Shown here piece after piece: positions 42,796 through 56,042 of a stretch of DNA of 64,000 bases. This DNA is from Eledone cirrhosa (Eukaryota). The notes below the pieces were generated by a model. The model did no database searches. It was not told where the DNA came from and saw only the letters and a program-made list of their open reading frames with translations. Position numbers and translations under genes: made by a program. How positions within the stretch are numbered: the stretch's first letter is position 1; each line of letters opens with the position of its first letter. The stretch covers positions 143,282,001 to 143,346,000 of the forward strand of contig OZ024742.1 of the NCBI GenBank assembly GCA_964016885.1. Direction: 5' to 3'.

Positions 42796-43559
42796 TTGCC
42801 TTACCTTAAACATTGTATATCGTTTTTATATAGTAAATTAATCTCATGATGAGACTCAGTATCTTAAGTTCGGATTTAGAATGGTAATTGTATAACTAGA
42901 AATTTCTGAATTTGCGGTTTGAAATATCTTTTGGCTTTCAAAGCACTTAGATAACATAAATTATCACATAAGTTGAACGGGTTATCTTCCTTTCTTTACA
43001 TTCTTCGTAAATAATTTTTGTTCTATCCTAATGGATTAATAATGTATATTTAACATGATTTATACAGTTTCATAATATACGAAAAATCCTTAAATGGAAA
43101 CTATATATATATTAAGATGTAATTACAGAAGTAAAATCGAAATATTAATACTTTTAAGAGTAAATTAACCCTGTAAGAAAATGACAACCAATGAATTGAA
43201 ATGTTTTTATAATTCAGATAATAATTCTTAACATTATATAAAATACATATACTGATATATGTATAGGTTGTAGTAAATATCCTTATACATATTTAATATG
43301 TATTTAAACTTGCTTTATAGATAAAAATGTTTTTGAATTTTGTAACAAAATATTTAGTAAATATATTAATTAAACTATGATTCTGATTATTATAGAAAAT
43401 ATTTTTATATTGTTTAATTTTGATATAATATATTAGTATAATTAGCTTAAACGTAACCAAATACAAAAGATATTAAAAAATTTCATGGTATTTAATTGGT
43501 CGCTTCTATTTGACTTAATATTTGAAAGCAACGGTCACGCATCACTTCTCTTTCTTCCT

Positions 43560-43607
<48 letters not shown>

Positions 43608-43647
43608 TCACACACACATATATATATATACATTCACACACACACAC

Positions 43648-43695
<48 letters not shown>

Positions 43696-44251
43696 GTACA
43701 CACACACACACACATACTCACACACTTAGAAACCTTTTCTAGTTAGCAGGAAATATTCGCTACACATATAGATACAGTAATGTTATATTCGATTCTCTGA
43801 AGTCACCTGTTATAATTTTATTCAATAACACCACCAACTCTCTCTTTCTCTCTATCTTTCTCTCTCTCTATTTATGAAGGTACCCGGAAAAACCTCGTAT
43901 CTCGGGAACCCTGCTCCAATTTATGTGAAACTTGTTTTATTCCATTTCAGGGGCAACTTCCTTTCAAAGTATTTCCCAATATACGCCGTTTTGGCTGTAT
44001 TAAATTAGAGACAAACACACACTCACAGAGTTTTAGTAGTATACTAGACCACCCATGACCCGTTGTTCAGAGAGTGGGTCATGTTCGCTTTGAAATATTT
44101 TTAAAAAATCATGTTCACTTAAAAATAATTTTTAAATAATTAAAATATACACAGACATGTATATAATGTGAAATGAAACTGGAAGGCCCATATATATACG
44201 TGTGTGTATGTATATACGTAAATGTGTGTGTGCGTATACATATATATATAT

Positions 44252-47200
44252 CCGAAACGTCGTCCCCCACCTACCTCCCACTCTCCTGAGCGTGAATTTA
44301 ATAAACATTTATTGTACTGCCTCTCTGTTCTGTCCCTGTTCAATTTTTCATTATATATAACACACGCTCACACGGCTTCCATCCTTGGAACTTAACTTAA
44401 CAACCGGCTCAACCCCGATCTAATCCGCCGTGACCTTTCTCCGAACTTTACACACCTTTCCACACTTTGTCTTTCCTTCCACGCATTACCTCTGTTTGAT
44501 TTTGTTACCGTACCTTTTTTTTCCGTATAAGATTCTTTGCCTGTGTTCCTACAATTGTATTTCTATGATTTTTTGTTCACGATCGCCTGTGTTATTACCT
44601 TTATGATTTTTTGTCTTTAATTTTCCGGTGTTTACTCCCCCCTCCCTACGTTTTTCTGTTTCTTTTTCCCTTCCCCGTCTCTGCTTATCCTTCGCACTCA
44701 CCCCTTCGTTCACTCCACCCCGCTTCACACCCCTGCCCTCTCATCCCTCCCCCTGCTTTCACCCAACGCCCATCATGCCCAACCTGAGATCCTTTCTCCA
44801 CCAACTCCACCATCGCCTCAAACTTTTCCTCACCCCCCTCCTTCCACCCTGCTATCTCCCCTCCGCCCTTCAACTCTCCTACCTTCTCTTCGCCAAAACC
44901 CGGCACTTCAGCCACATCCATTTCCTCAGCCACTGCCTCCGCCTCCACCTTATCCCCCTCGGCTTCCGTCTACACTTCCACCCCTCCCCGGTGCTTCCCC
45001 CACCACGCAACGTATCCTCACCCGATCCTCACGCCTTCTGATGCGCAACTCCATCCGCGCCTCCCGTTCCACCCTCCGCCTACTTGACCACCAACTGACC
45101 CCCACCCTCCTCCGCCTTTACTCCACCTGCCACCCCCTCCTCGCCCAAGCCATCCTCTCCTTCATCCACAACCTCAACCACAACCTCTTCTCGTTCCTCA
45201 GCTCCACCAAAGCCCGCAAGCTACACTCACTCCCCCCCACTCCCCACTCCCCCCATCCACCACCACCCGCCCATCCCCATACGCCCACCACTCTCCACCT
45301 CTCCCCCGACCCACACCCCTACCCTATCTCCACCCTCCACCTCACCCCTCACCACACCCTCCCTTCCCTCCCCAAACACCCAAACCCCACCCCTTGTTGT
45401 CACCATACCCCCTGACCTCCCCCTCTCCACACCTGAGCGCTCACTCCTTAGTAGAGGCCTTCGCTTCATACCCCACACTCCGCTCAGCGACGAGTTCCGC
45501 ACCCGAACGGAAGTCGAACGATTCGTGCGACGCACTAAGCTACAGGCACATTTCAGCCGAACGCCACCGGCTCCGGACGCCCCAGACCCGTTTCTCGCCC
45601 TGGGCCGACGACCATCTTCTTGGACGCCGGCCCCAGGGCAATTTAGCACCCTGGACGCCTTCGTCGATGCCAGCCGTAGCGCAGTAAATCGTTTCGACTT
45701 CCGCCACCGTTCCAAACGGCACAAACATCTCACGGGGCGAACTCCTCGCTCTCCGCTCCCTCTGTAGCCGAGATGACATCGTCATCAAACCGGCGGACAA
45801 GGGAGGCGCCGTGGTGGTATGGCGCGCGGACCTCTACACGGCCGAAGCCCTCAGGCAGCTCTGTAACCCCCTCTTTTACCGCCCTCTACCCTCCGATCTC
45901 ACCCCCCCTCTACCAACAACAAGTCTCCTCCACCATCAAAGACCTTATCGCCTCCTCCCTCCTCCCCCTACCGCTTCCCACCTCATCGTCCGCACCCTCC
46001 GCACCCCCACCATCTACTTCCTCCCCAAACTCCACAAACCCGACAACCCCGGCTGCCCATCGTCTCCGCTTGCAACTGCCCCACCGAACTCATCTCCGCC
46101 TTTCTCGACTCCCTCCTCGCCCCCCTTGTCACCACCCTCACCTCCCACATCTCCGACACCAACCACGCCCTGCGCCTTTTCGACTCCTTCACCTACCTAC
46201 CCGGCCCTCAGCCATTCCTCTTCACCCTAGACATCAAGTCCCTCTATACCGTCATCCCCCACGCCGACGGCCTTCGCGCCCTCAAACACTACCTCGACCT
46301 TCGCCCCTCCCCCATTCCCTCCACCCCCACCCTCCTTCGCCTCGCCGAGCTGGTCCTCACCCTAAATTGTTTCTCCTTCTCGGGTGAGTTTTACCAACAG
46401 GTCACGGGGGTAGCCATGGGCACAAGAATGGGCCCGAACTATGCCAACCTTTTTGTTGGCCATGTTGAGACCCAAATCTTTGCCCAGTACACCGGCCCCA
46501 CGCCCGAACTGTACGGTCGTTACATTGACGACTGTATCGGAGCCACGACCCTCACCCGAGTACAGCTCGACTCCTTTCTCTCCTTCTTCTGCTCCTTCCA
46601 CCCCTCCCTCCACTTCACCACCTCTATCTCCACCACCCACGTCCACTTCTTAGACATCTCCGTCGCCTTCGACCCCTCCCACCACTCCCTCGTCACCTCC
46701 GCCTTCTTCAAACCCACCGACTCCCACTCTTACCTCGACTTCACCTCTTCCCACCCCACCCACACTAAACTCTCCATTCCCTACTCCCAACTTCTCAGGA
46801 TCCGCCGCCTCTGTAGCCGTGATGCTGACTTCGAGTCCCAGGCCCTTTCCCTAGTCAGCCATTTCATCCGCAGAGGTTACCCCCCCTCTCTCGTCTACAC
46901 CGCTTTCACCCGCGCCCGTGCTATCCCCCGCTCCACCACCCTCACCTCACGCCACCGCACACCCACCCACCGTCTCCCCTTCCCCATCACCTACCACCCC
47001 TCCATCTTACCCCTCCACCGCACCATCCGCCGCCTCTTCCGACGCCTCCAGTCCGACCCCTCCACCTCCCACATCTTCCCAACCCCACCACTCCCCTCCT
47101 TCAAACGCGCACGCAATCTCCGCACCCTTCTCGTCCACAGCTCCCTACCCCCCAACCCACGCTCCGGTTCCCCCCCGGTTCCTTCCCCTGTTCTAGACCC

Positions 47201-48912
47201 CGCTGCAACACCTGTCCCCACATCACCAACACCACCACCTTCCAGGGTCCCAACGGCCACTCTCTCTCGGTCCGGCATGCCTTCCGCTGCACCTCCTCCC
47301 ACCTAGTCTACGGACTTCGTTGCACGGAGTGCAGCGCGACTTATGTCGGACAGACGGGACGTCGCCTGGCGGACCGAGTCACGGAGCACCTCCGTGATAT
47401 TCGTCTCGGGGGCAGTTCCCCCATCGCCCGCCACTTTGGTGGCCCTGGACACTCCGCACGCCATCTCACAGTCTGTGGCCTACTCCAGTGCCACGGAACA
47501 CCCGCCCATCGCCTTACGGTCGAACAACGCACTATCTTCATCTTACAGACCCACACTCCCCCCGGCCTGAACTCCCCACCCTTATTCCTTTAGCGTTCGA
47601 CCTCCCCCCTCCCCCCACACTTATCCCCCACTAACACCACTAACACACCCCTCCTTTTCACCGCCCACCCCACACTAACAATACTAACACCTCCACTTCA
47701 CCCCTCATCTGACCACCCTTCCCCAACTAACATACTAACATCCCTTCCCTCCCCTCTTCTCCTCCTCCCCCTCCTTATCACACGCACACACGCACCCACT
47801 TACACCACCCACCCCACACGCAACTAACATCACTAACACCCCCCAACCCCACGCACACGTACCCACACACCCTCGTACACCACCAACTCTACACACCCTA
47901 CCACCACTAACCCCCACTCACACCTGCATTCCACCCCTCCCCACCTCCCGTATACTAACACCCACTAACACTCATCCTCGCCTCCCTACCATTCCGCCGA
48001 CTGCTGCTATGCCCTTCCGACCACCTCTCAGCACCAACTGACCACAGCACTCCCACTGCTGACCACTTCCTGTTGCGCGCGCACCCCACATCTCTCCTCT
48101 TCCGACCACCGCTTCTTGGATTACCCACACGCGAATTTGACTTCTAACCAAATCTCCAAACATCCGTGGAAATTACCAACTTTTCAACCATCCTCTTACA
48201 CCATCACCTACATAACTCACCCACACACACACACACACACCCAACATTTTTTTTATCCACACGCCACCCACACCCACAACACGCTTAAACCACACACACG
48301 TGCTTCCCACCACATATTTACACCCTCAGCCTCCTGATTCCTCTCCCCCCACCCCCTTATCCACACACGCACAGACACTCCGACCCACAAAAACACCCCC
48401 CCCCACACACACCTTCCTGAACATGCAACCCCGTTCTTCCCCCAACCCTCACTTTCACATACACACACACACACACACCTAACCACACACACCACCTTCA
48501 GCCCTCCCCGCTCGGACACCCCGTCTCCCTCTCCCCACTCCACCAGCCACCACCCCCTACTCACCCCACACCCTTCCACCACCTGTTTACCCCCCTTTTA
48601 ATTTCAGTTTATTTTGATCATGCCTTTATTTTCACATTTTCTCCTTCCTTGTATTTTGATCATGTTTTATTTTTATTTATTATATTTTTTGTCTTTATTT
48701 GTTAATTTTTCATTCGCACCGTTTCCTTTCGCTATATGTCTCTCCACCACTCCCCTACACACCTTTTGAACTCTGTTCCCACACACTTCTCACCTGAAGA
48801 AGGGCTTATGCCCGAAACGTCGTCCCCCACCTACCCCCCACTCTCCTGAGCGTGAATTTAATAAACATTTATTGTACTGCCTCTCTGTTCTGTCCCTGTT
48901 CAATTTTTCATT
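44252..48912 (+). mobile_element. Near full-length PLE family B with direct pLTRs
   Basis: 44252-44351 is repeated at about 48812-48911. ORF from about 44775 (MPNLRSF..HIHFLSHCLRLHLIPLGF) through DKG, RT YIDD and GIY-YIG to the stop at about 47592; several frameshifts. Confidence 0.93.
48790..48821 (+). ncRNA. Minimal hammerhead motif in PLE-B 3' pLTR
   Basis: CTGAAGAAGGGCTTATGCCCGAAACGTC, identical to 16271-16298. Confidence 0.7.
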
Positions 48913-49567
48913 ATATATATATATATATATAATGGATGCCTGTGATCTATATACACAGGTCATAGACGCACACACGCATATATATATACACACACACTCA
49001 CATATAGATATATATATATACACACAACAGCACCAGCTCGCTCTTCCATTCTCTTTCTCTCTCTCTTCCTCTCTCTCTCTCTCTCTGTCTCTCTTTCAAT
49101 CTACTCTCTCACAACCGCTATCTCTTTTTCTCTATCTTTCTCTCTCTCTATTTATGAAGGTACCCATATCTCGGGAACACGTGCTCCATTTACGCGAAAC
49201 TTGTTTTATTCCATTTGTATTTTCAAAGTATTTTCCCATTATGCGCACTTTTGGCTGTATTAAATTACATCAAGCAAGAAAGCAAGCAATTCCAGAGTTT
49301 TAGTATTATATCGATAAATTGCAGCGGCAAGTGAATTCACAGCCATGGCTAAACTGCGGCCCGCGAGCCGCATGAGGCCTGTTTGTCTTTCTGAATGACA
49401 GCCTAATTCCAACATTTTTTAGAAGTGTGGCTCATCTTATAATAAGCCACATTTTACGAGGTCCACTCTTCAAAAAATGTTGCCCATTTCTACTCTGTAT
49501 ACTCTACTCGAGAAATCTTCTATGTTGTTGCTCGCCCTGCTAGACATAGCAGTCAAATCAACCGATA

Positions 49568-49749
49568 ATTGTTTTTACTTTAGGCACAAGGCCAGCAAAT
49601 ACCCAGTGCATTACTGGTACTTTATTTTATCGACCCCGTAAGGATGAAAGGCAAAGTCAACCTCGGCGGGATTTGAACTCAGATCGTAAAGGGACGTAAC
49701 TATGCTGGAAAGCATGGCGTCCAAGCCTCTACCGATACTGCCAATCCAC
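49568..49749 (-). mobile_element. Nin-domain SINE
   Basis: Reverse-complement full copy. Confidence 0.88.
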
Positions 49750-49987
49750 TGTAATATAGTTCCACATATCATTAACATGACCGTAGAAAGAATGTATAGT
49801 TGGAATAGTTTTAATCATAAATCTGCTGAACAGCCAAGTTGACCAAAACAACAACAAATACAACAACTGTTCTGGCTATCGCAGAAATGACAGAGAAACA
49901 ATTGTGTGGAACGTCTCTGAGAATAGAAGAAATAGATAATGTATGATTCGTTCAGAAATCTCAATATTTTCCAGTTTTAAAATACAG

Positions 49988-50008
49988 CGTGTGTGTGTGT
50001 GTGTCTCT

Positions 50009-50073
<65 letters not shown>

Positions 50074-50134
50074 GGAGTGTGTGTGTGTATGTGTGTGTGT
50101 GTGTCTCTGAGAGAGAGAGAGAGAGAGAAAACGG

Positions 50135-50212
<78 letters not shown>

Positions 50213-50222
50213 GAAAACGCGA

Positions 50223-50266
<44 letters not shown>

Positions 50267-50276
50267 AAGAAAACGG

Positions 50277-50328
<52 letters not shown>

Positions 50329-50338
50329 TTAAACGGGA

Positions 50339-50381
<43 letters not shown>

Positions 50382-50388
50382 AACGGGA

Positions 50389-50420
<32 letters not shown>

Positions 50421-50464
50421 AAGAATACGGGAGTGTGTGTGTGAGAGAGAGAGAGAAAACGGGA

Positions 50465-50498
<34 letters not shown>

Positions 50499-50506
50499 AA
50501 ACGCGA

Positions 50507-50539
<33 letters not shown>

Positions 50540-50725
50540 AACGGGAGTGTGTGTGTGTGTGAGAGAGAGAGAAAACGGGAGTGTGTGTGTGTGAGAGAGA
50601 GAAAACGGGAGTGTGTGTATGTGTGAGAGAGAGAGAGAGAAAACGGGAGTGTGTGTGTGTGAGAGAGAGAGAGAGAGAAAACGGGAGTGTGTGTGTGAGA
50701 GAGAGAGAGAGAGAGAAAAAAGGAG

Positions 50726-50758
<33 letters not shown>

Positions 50759-50863
50759 AAAAATGGGAGTGTGTGTGTTTGTGAGAGAGAGAGAAAAGAG
50801 AGAGAGAGAGAGAGAGAAAACGGGAGTGTGTGTGTGAGAGAGAGATAGAGAGAGAAAACGGGA

Positions 50864-50895
<32 letters not shown>

Positions 50896-50951
50896 AAACG
50901 GGAGTGTGTGTGTGTGTGAGAGAGAGAGAAAGAGAGAGAGAGAAAACGGGA

Positions 50952-50998
<47 letters not shown>

Positions 50999-51003
50999 CG
51001 GGA

Positions 51004-51035
<32 letters not shown>

Positions 51036-51094
51036 AAACGGGAGTGTGTGTATGTGTGAGAGAGAGAGAGAGAGAGAGCAAGAAAGAGAGAGAG

Positions 51095-51186
<92 letters not shown>

Positions 51187-51191
51187 GGATA

Positions 51192-51240
<49 letters not shown>
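49988..51240. repeat. Compound minisatellite: AAACGGGA-(GT)n-(GA)n units
   Basis: About 20 units with a constant ACGGGA linker and variable dinucleotide lengths. Confidence 0.9.
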
Positions 51241-51241
<1 letters not shown>

Positions 51242-51357
51242 TAATGAACGAGGAAGCGTAGATAGAAAGAAAATAAAGGAACAGGGATATAGGTGCATAA
51301 TGTTAAGAAAATAAGAATTATTGTGTATGTGTGTGTATTATATATACACACACACAT

Positions 51358-51439
<82 letters not shown>

Positions 51440-51453
<14 letters not shown>

Positions 51454-51665
51454 GATGTGTGAGCATAATGTGCACACATAGATGCATAGGTAAGTACACC
51501 TGCACAAACACACACATATATATATGATGTGTGAGCATAATGTGCACACATAGATGCATAGGTAAGTACACCTGCACAAACACACACATATTTATATATG
51601 ATGTGTGAGCATAATGTGTACACATAGATGCATAGGTAAGTACACCTTCACAAACACACACATAT
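51440..51665. repeat. 72-74-bp tandem repeat, 3 copies
   Basis: TATGATGTGTGAGCATAATG at 51451, 51523 and 51597. Confidence 0.9.
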
Positions 51666-52200
51666 ATATATGCATGCATGTGTGTGTATATATACATATA
51701 TATATATAGAGATGATATGTTTCTGTTCTGAAAAATTAGTAATTTTCTTGAAACTTTCCCTATTTAAGTGGAACTTTTAAAAGATTTTTCATCATCTGAA
51801 ATAACATTTTTCTTAAGCGATGTTTCCCTATTTGATAGCAAAGCACCGCAATAGCTGAAGGGGTTTTATGTAAGAGGTGGTCAATTTGTGTAAGTATAGA
51901 CCGTTTGAGAAAGCAAGCTGATATTTCCCAAGAATTGGAAAGATACGCTCATGTATACAAGCATTCAAATAGACAAATATATATGCTTATGTACACAAAT
52001 ACATGCTTACATAATGCATAGAAGCATGGATACATACATACAGATATATGTTTATGTTTGTGTGTGAGTATATACCTATACTGAAACCAGACATTTATCT
52101 TATATTTATCGCAATTTGAGTGTATATTACAAATACACACACACATTTACATTGAAACAGTTAAATCTTGACCGTAGGTCAAATGATAATAATATTAATA

Positions 52201-52675
52201 ATTGTTTCTACTTTTGGCACAAGGCCAGCAATTATCCCAGTGTATTACAGGTACTTTATTTTAATTAATAATGTTTCTACTTTTGGCACAAGGCCAGCAA
52301 TTACCCAGTGCATTACTGGTTCTTTATTTTAATTAATAATGTTTCTACTTTTGGCACAAGGCCAGCAATTATCCCAGTGTATTACTGGTACTTTATTTTA
52401 TCGACCCCGTAAGGATGAAAGGCAAAGTTAATCTCGGGATTTGAACTCAGACCATAAAGAGCCATAACTCTATGCTGCAAAGCAAGGCGTCCGACCCTCT
52501 ACCGATAGTGCCAATAATAATGGTTTCTGATTTAGGCACAAGGTCAACAATTTTGGAAGAGATGAAAGTTGATTAAATTGACGTCAGCGCATTACTGGTA
52601 CTTTATTTTATAGACCCTGTAAAAATGAAAGGCTAAGCTAACCTGGGCAAGATTTGAAATCAGAGCGTAAAGGGC
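52201..52675 (-). mobile_element. SINE cluster: one copy with a triplicated 3' tail plus a second subfamily copy
   Basis: TGTTTCTACTTTTGGCACAAGGCCAGC occurs three times in tandem before the body; a second copy at about 52520-52675. Confidence 0.85.
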
Positions 52676-52698
52676 AATAATAATAATTATTATTATCA

Positions 52699-53430
52699 TT
52701 TCTTTATTAGCAAACTAGGGCCAAAACATAAAGGACAATACAAAAACAGGGACAGTGGGTATTTACATAAAACGTGTAAAAAAATGATAACGGTAACAAG
52801 TAATACATTTACTCACCTTTTAACAAATGTACTGGTGGTAACACTTCGGTCTCCACCCTCAACTTCTTTTCCAAGTGGTTATGGTAGTGCTTCTGCTGCT
52901 GTTGTTGTTGGTGTTGGAGGTGTTGCTGTGGTTGTTGGTGTAACTGTTGTTGTTGTTGCTTCTGCTACCGGTGTTGTTGTCGTTGTGATTATTGTTCGCT
53001 ATTGGAGCTCTAGTTGTTGGGGTCCTGGTGTTGGTAGCAATGTCACTCTGTTACTCCACGCTGTTTTTTGTAGAATACAGAAAGCTCTAAGGTGGGTTGT
53101 TTTTCCACATTGGTGATACATAGGCTTTTTGTCTTAATGACCAGACCTAGCTCCACGCCGCCCGGAAGGCGAATTATGTCTGGGATCTTGGCAATCTTCT
53201 CTGGTTTGATCTGGAGAAGTATTTTCAGATTAATCCCAGATTAGTTCTCTCTCCGGGTCCTCTTTACTTCCAGGAAGGTTTCAATTCCCTCCACGACGAT
53301 GCATGCTGGGATCCACTAGATGTCTAATTTTGATGGGATCCGAGCAATTCGAGCAAGCTGGAAAGTATGCTTGAGGACTTAGATGGAAGGACAGCTCTCG
53401 TTTTCGGGTCGTACCTGTACATCCACGTCT
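52699..53430 (-). mobile_element. ORF1-only (gag-like, CCHC) Tx1/L1-like element relic
   Basis: Minus frames ARIARIPSKLDI..KIPDIIRLPGGVEL and YHQCGKTTHLRAFC, then a Thr-rich tract and a 3' tail resembling the one at 11838 (AATAAAGAAAT). Confidence 0.55.
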
Positions 53431-53593
53431 CATTTTCAATTATCATGGTATTCAAGAACACATGCTGGCAGTCGAAGAAAATTCAAACGCAACGAGTAAG
53501 ATGTACAGCACATCAAACGTTGATTGCCTGACGTGGTTGCCTAAACACTGTACGGCGTAATTCGAGAAATGAAATTTCGTTTCATTCTATTCC

Positions 53594-53651
<58 letters not shown>

Positions 53652-53969
53652 TCTAAGCGCTCATATATTCACCTAGCTTATGCTAAACAGAATAATTTTT
53701 GAAGCTTGTTTCTCCCCTACGGTATGCTATATTTTCTGTTGTTCTCCTGTCTCACTCGCTTTACGCGTTTTAATTGTCCTAATAACTTATTTTGGTTATT
53801 ATTGCACCGAAGTGAGATATATGATTTTTAATGCAATGAAATATCTATGATCTTCGGCAAATCACTGATGAGGGACTTATTTTATTACATGTTACCATGT
53901 GCTACCTGCAGTATTTTTCTCTATATTTTAATATATATATATATATATATGGCTGAATACAATAAATGT

Positions 53970-54258
53970 AATCTGAGTTTTTTCGAATATTAATAATAAC
54001 ATTCAATTCGTTTGCAATTTTGCAAACAAACCTCAATTTTATACCCATTTCACTAGCTCTGACAGTTTAGCAGGTGAACAGTGAGCTGTACTGATGAAGG
54101 TTGTTACCCAGAAACATTAGTGTCTGCAGTTCTGTTCGCATGCCAACACAAGAGCAAGAATGAAGAGCTCATTCTACTGACATGGCTATAAAATTGAGGC
54201 TTGTTTGCAAAATTGCAAACGAATTGAATGTTATTATTAATATTCGAAAAAACTCTGA
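53970..54258. repeat. PLE-type inverted repeat enclosing a hammerhead
   Basis: About 70-bp arms AGTTTTTTCGAATATT..AATTTTATA / TATAAAATT..AATATTCGAAAAAACT. Confidence 0.8.
54085..54130 (+). ncRNA. Type I hammerhead ribozyme motif
   Basis: Stem I GCTGTA/TGCAGT, CTGATGA, imperfect stem II GGT/ACC, GAAA, stem III ACA/TGT, GUC triplet at 54122-54124. Confidence 0.7.
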
Positions 54259-54380
<122 letters not shown>

Positions 54381-54625
54381 CAGTTATGCTAGAGCGAGAA
54401 ATAAAATTCTTATTTTATTTTATATATAAAATAAAATAAGCTCCTTTGTCTACCAGCATATTATGAACAAATTATACATTTTCTACGTATTTTATCTGAG
54501 TAGGACATGTTTTGCTTTATGTTATACATAAGCCTTTACATCTTAGAAATATATATAATAAAATAAATAGAGATGATATAAAGTATATATCTTTCATTTA
54601 TACTATTATTATAATAATAATACTA

Positions 54626-54815
54626 GGGCGGTGTATTGGCAGTATCGGTAGAGGGCCAGACGCCATCCTTTGCAGCAAAGAGTTACGGCCCTTTATGGTC
54701 TGAGTTCAAATCCCGTCGAGGTTAACTTTGCCTTTCATCCCTACGGGGTCGATAAAATAATGTACCAGTAATACACTGGGATAATTGCTGGCCTTGTGCA
54801 AAAAGTAGAAACAAT
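54626..54815 (+). mobile_element. Nin-domain SINE
   Basis: Full copy; TATTATT(A)ATAATA-like flanks. Confidence 0.88.
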
Positions 54816-54906
54816 TATTATAATAATACTCCGTATAAATTTATACCGTTGAGTGCTTGGCATCTCTTATATATAATAATGAGTTTATCACATATCAACT
54901 AACTCT

Positions 54907-56042
54907 TTTGACTGCTATTTCTTGTAAATAAACATTCACTTCCATCCTGACGTCACTAGCCCCGTTTTTTCCTCATGTGCTTTTTCATAAATACACATGA
55001 AGGCGAACTAGCCAGTTTTAGAATTCCCTTTTTCGGACTATATTACTGTGAGAGCCCTGGTTTTCTGTTGAGCTCTGCTGATGAATGATATTCCAACCGT
55101 GACCATCTCCACTGAAAGTTTTCATGAAATAGTCTTTTAAGACTATACAGAGCATTTGATGTTATTCCAAATTGAAGGATAAGTGTTTCAAACTTTGTTT
55201 TATCATGAGTTAAAGGTCTATAGATTTTTCCATGGATTTTACTAAATTCTGTGGATGAATTTGTATCCTGATTCTCTTTTGAGATGAGTTTGAGTTATTT
55301 TTCCTAAATCTTTCGTTAACTACTTTTCCCATCTTGACGTTATAGTCGCATATATGTTATAGAATGCCGTTAGCTTCTTGCTAAAACAATCTCTATACGT
55401 CTCATTTATATTTATACTCGGATTCTTTTCCTAGAGTTCTTAAACTATCTGTGACTAATCCCGGTTTTTTTCATAAAAACTGTGATAATTATTGCTATTT
55501 TGCTGAACTCCTTGTAGAGTTTTTTTTTCAGAATGTATTTGACTGCTATTTCTTGTAAATAAACATTCACTTCCATCCTGACGTCACTAGCCCCGTTTTT
55601 TCCTCATGTGCTTTTTCATAAATACACATGAAGGCGAACTAGCCAGTTTTAGAATTCCCTTTTTCGGACTATATTACTGTGAGAGCCCTGGTTTTCTGTT
55701 GAGCTCTGCTGATGAATGATATTCCAACCGTGACCATCTCCACTGAAAGTTTTCATGAAATAGTCTTTTAAGACTATACAGAGCATTTGATGTTATTCCA
55801 AATTGAAGGATAAGTGTTTCAAACTTTGTTTTATCATGAGTTAAAGGTCTATAGATTTTTCCATGGATTTTACTAAATTCTGTGGATGAATTTGTATCCT
55901 GATTCTCTTTTGAGATGAGTTTGAGTTATTTTTCCTAAATCTTTCGTTAACTACTTTTCCCATCTTGACGTTATAGTCGCATATATGTTATAGAATGCCG
56001 TTAGCTTCTTGCTAAAACAATCTCTATACGTCTCATTTATAT
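54907..56042. repeat. About 505-bp direct duplication (offset 631 bp)
   Basis: 54907-55411 matches 55538-56042 with no differences noticed. Confidence 0.9.

Noticed and set aside
49339-49480. hAT-like MITE end (CAGCCATGGCTAAACTGCGGCCCGCG)
   Set aside because: No clear matching second TIR or TSD found.
52811-52817. Minus-strand splice donor GGTGAGT suggesting a host exon (also AGGTAAGT in the 72-bp repeat)
   Set aside because: The upstream frame has stops and retroelement ORF1 motifs; no acceptor or partner exon found.
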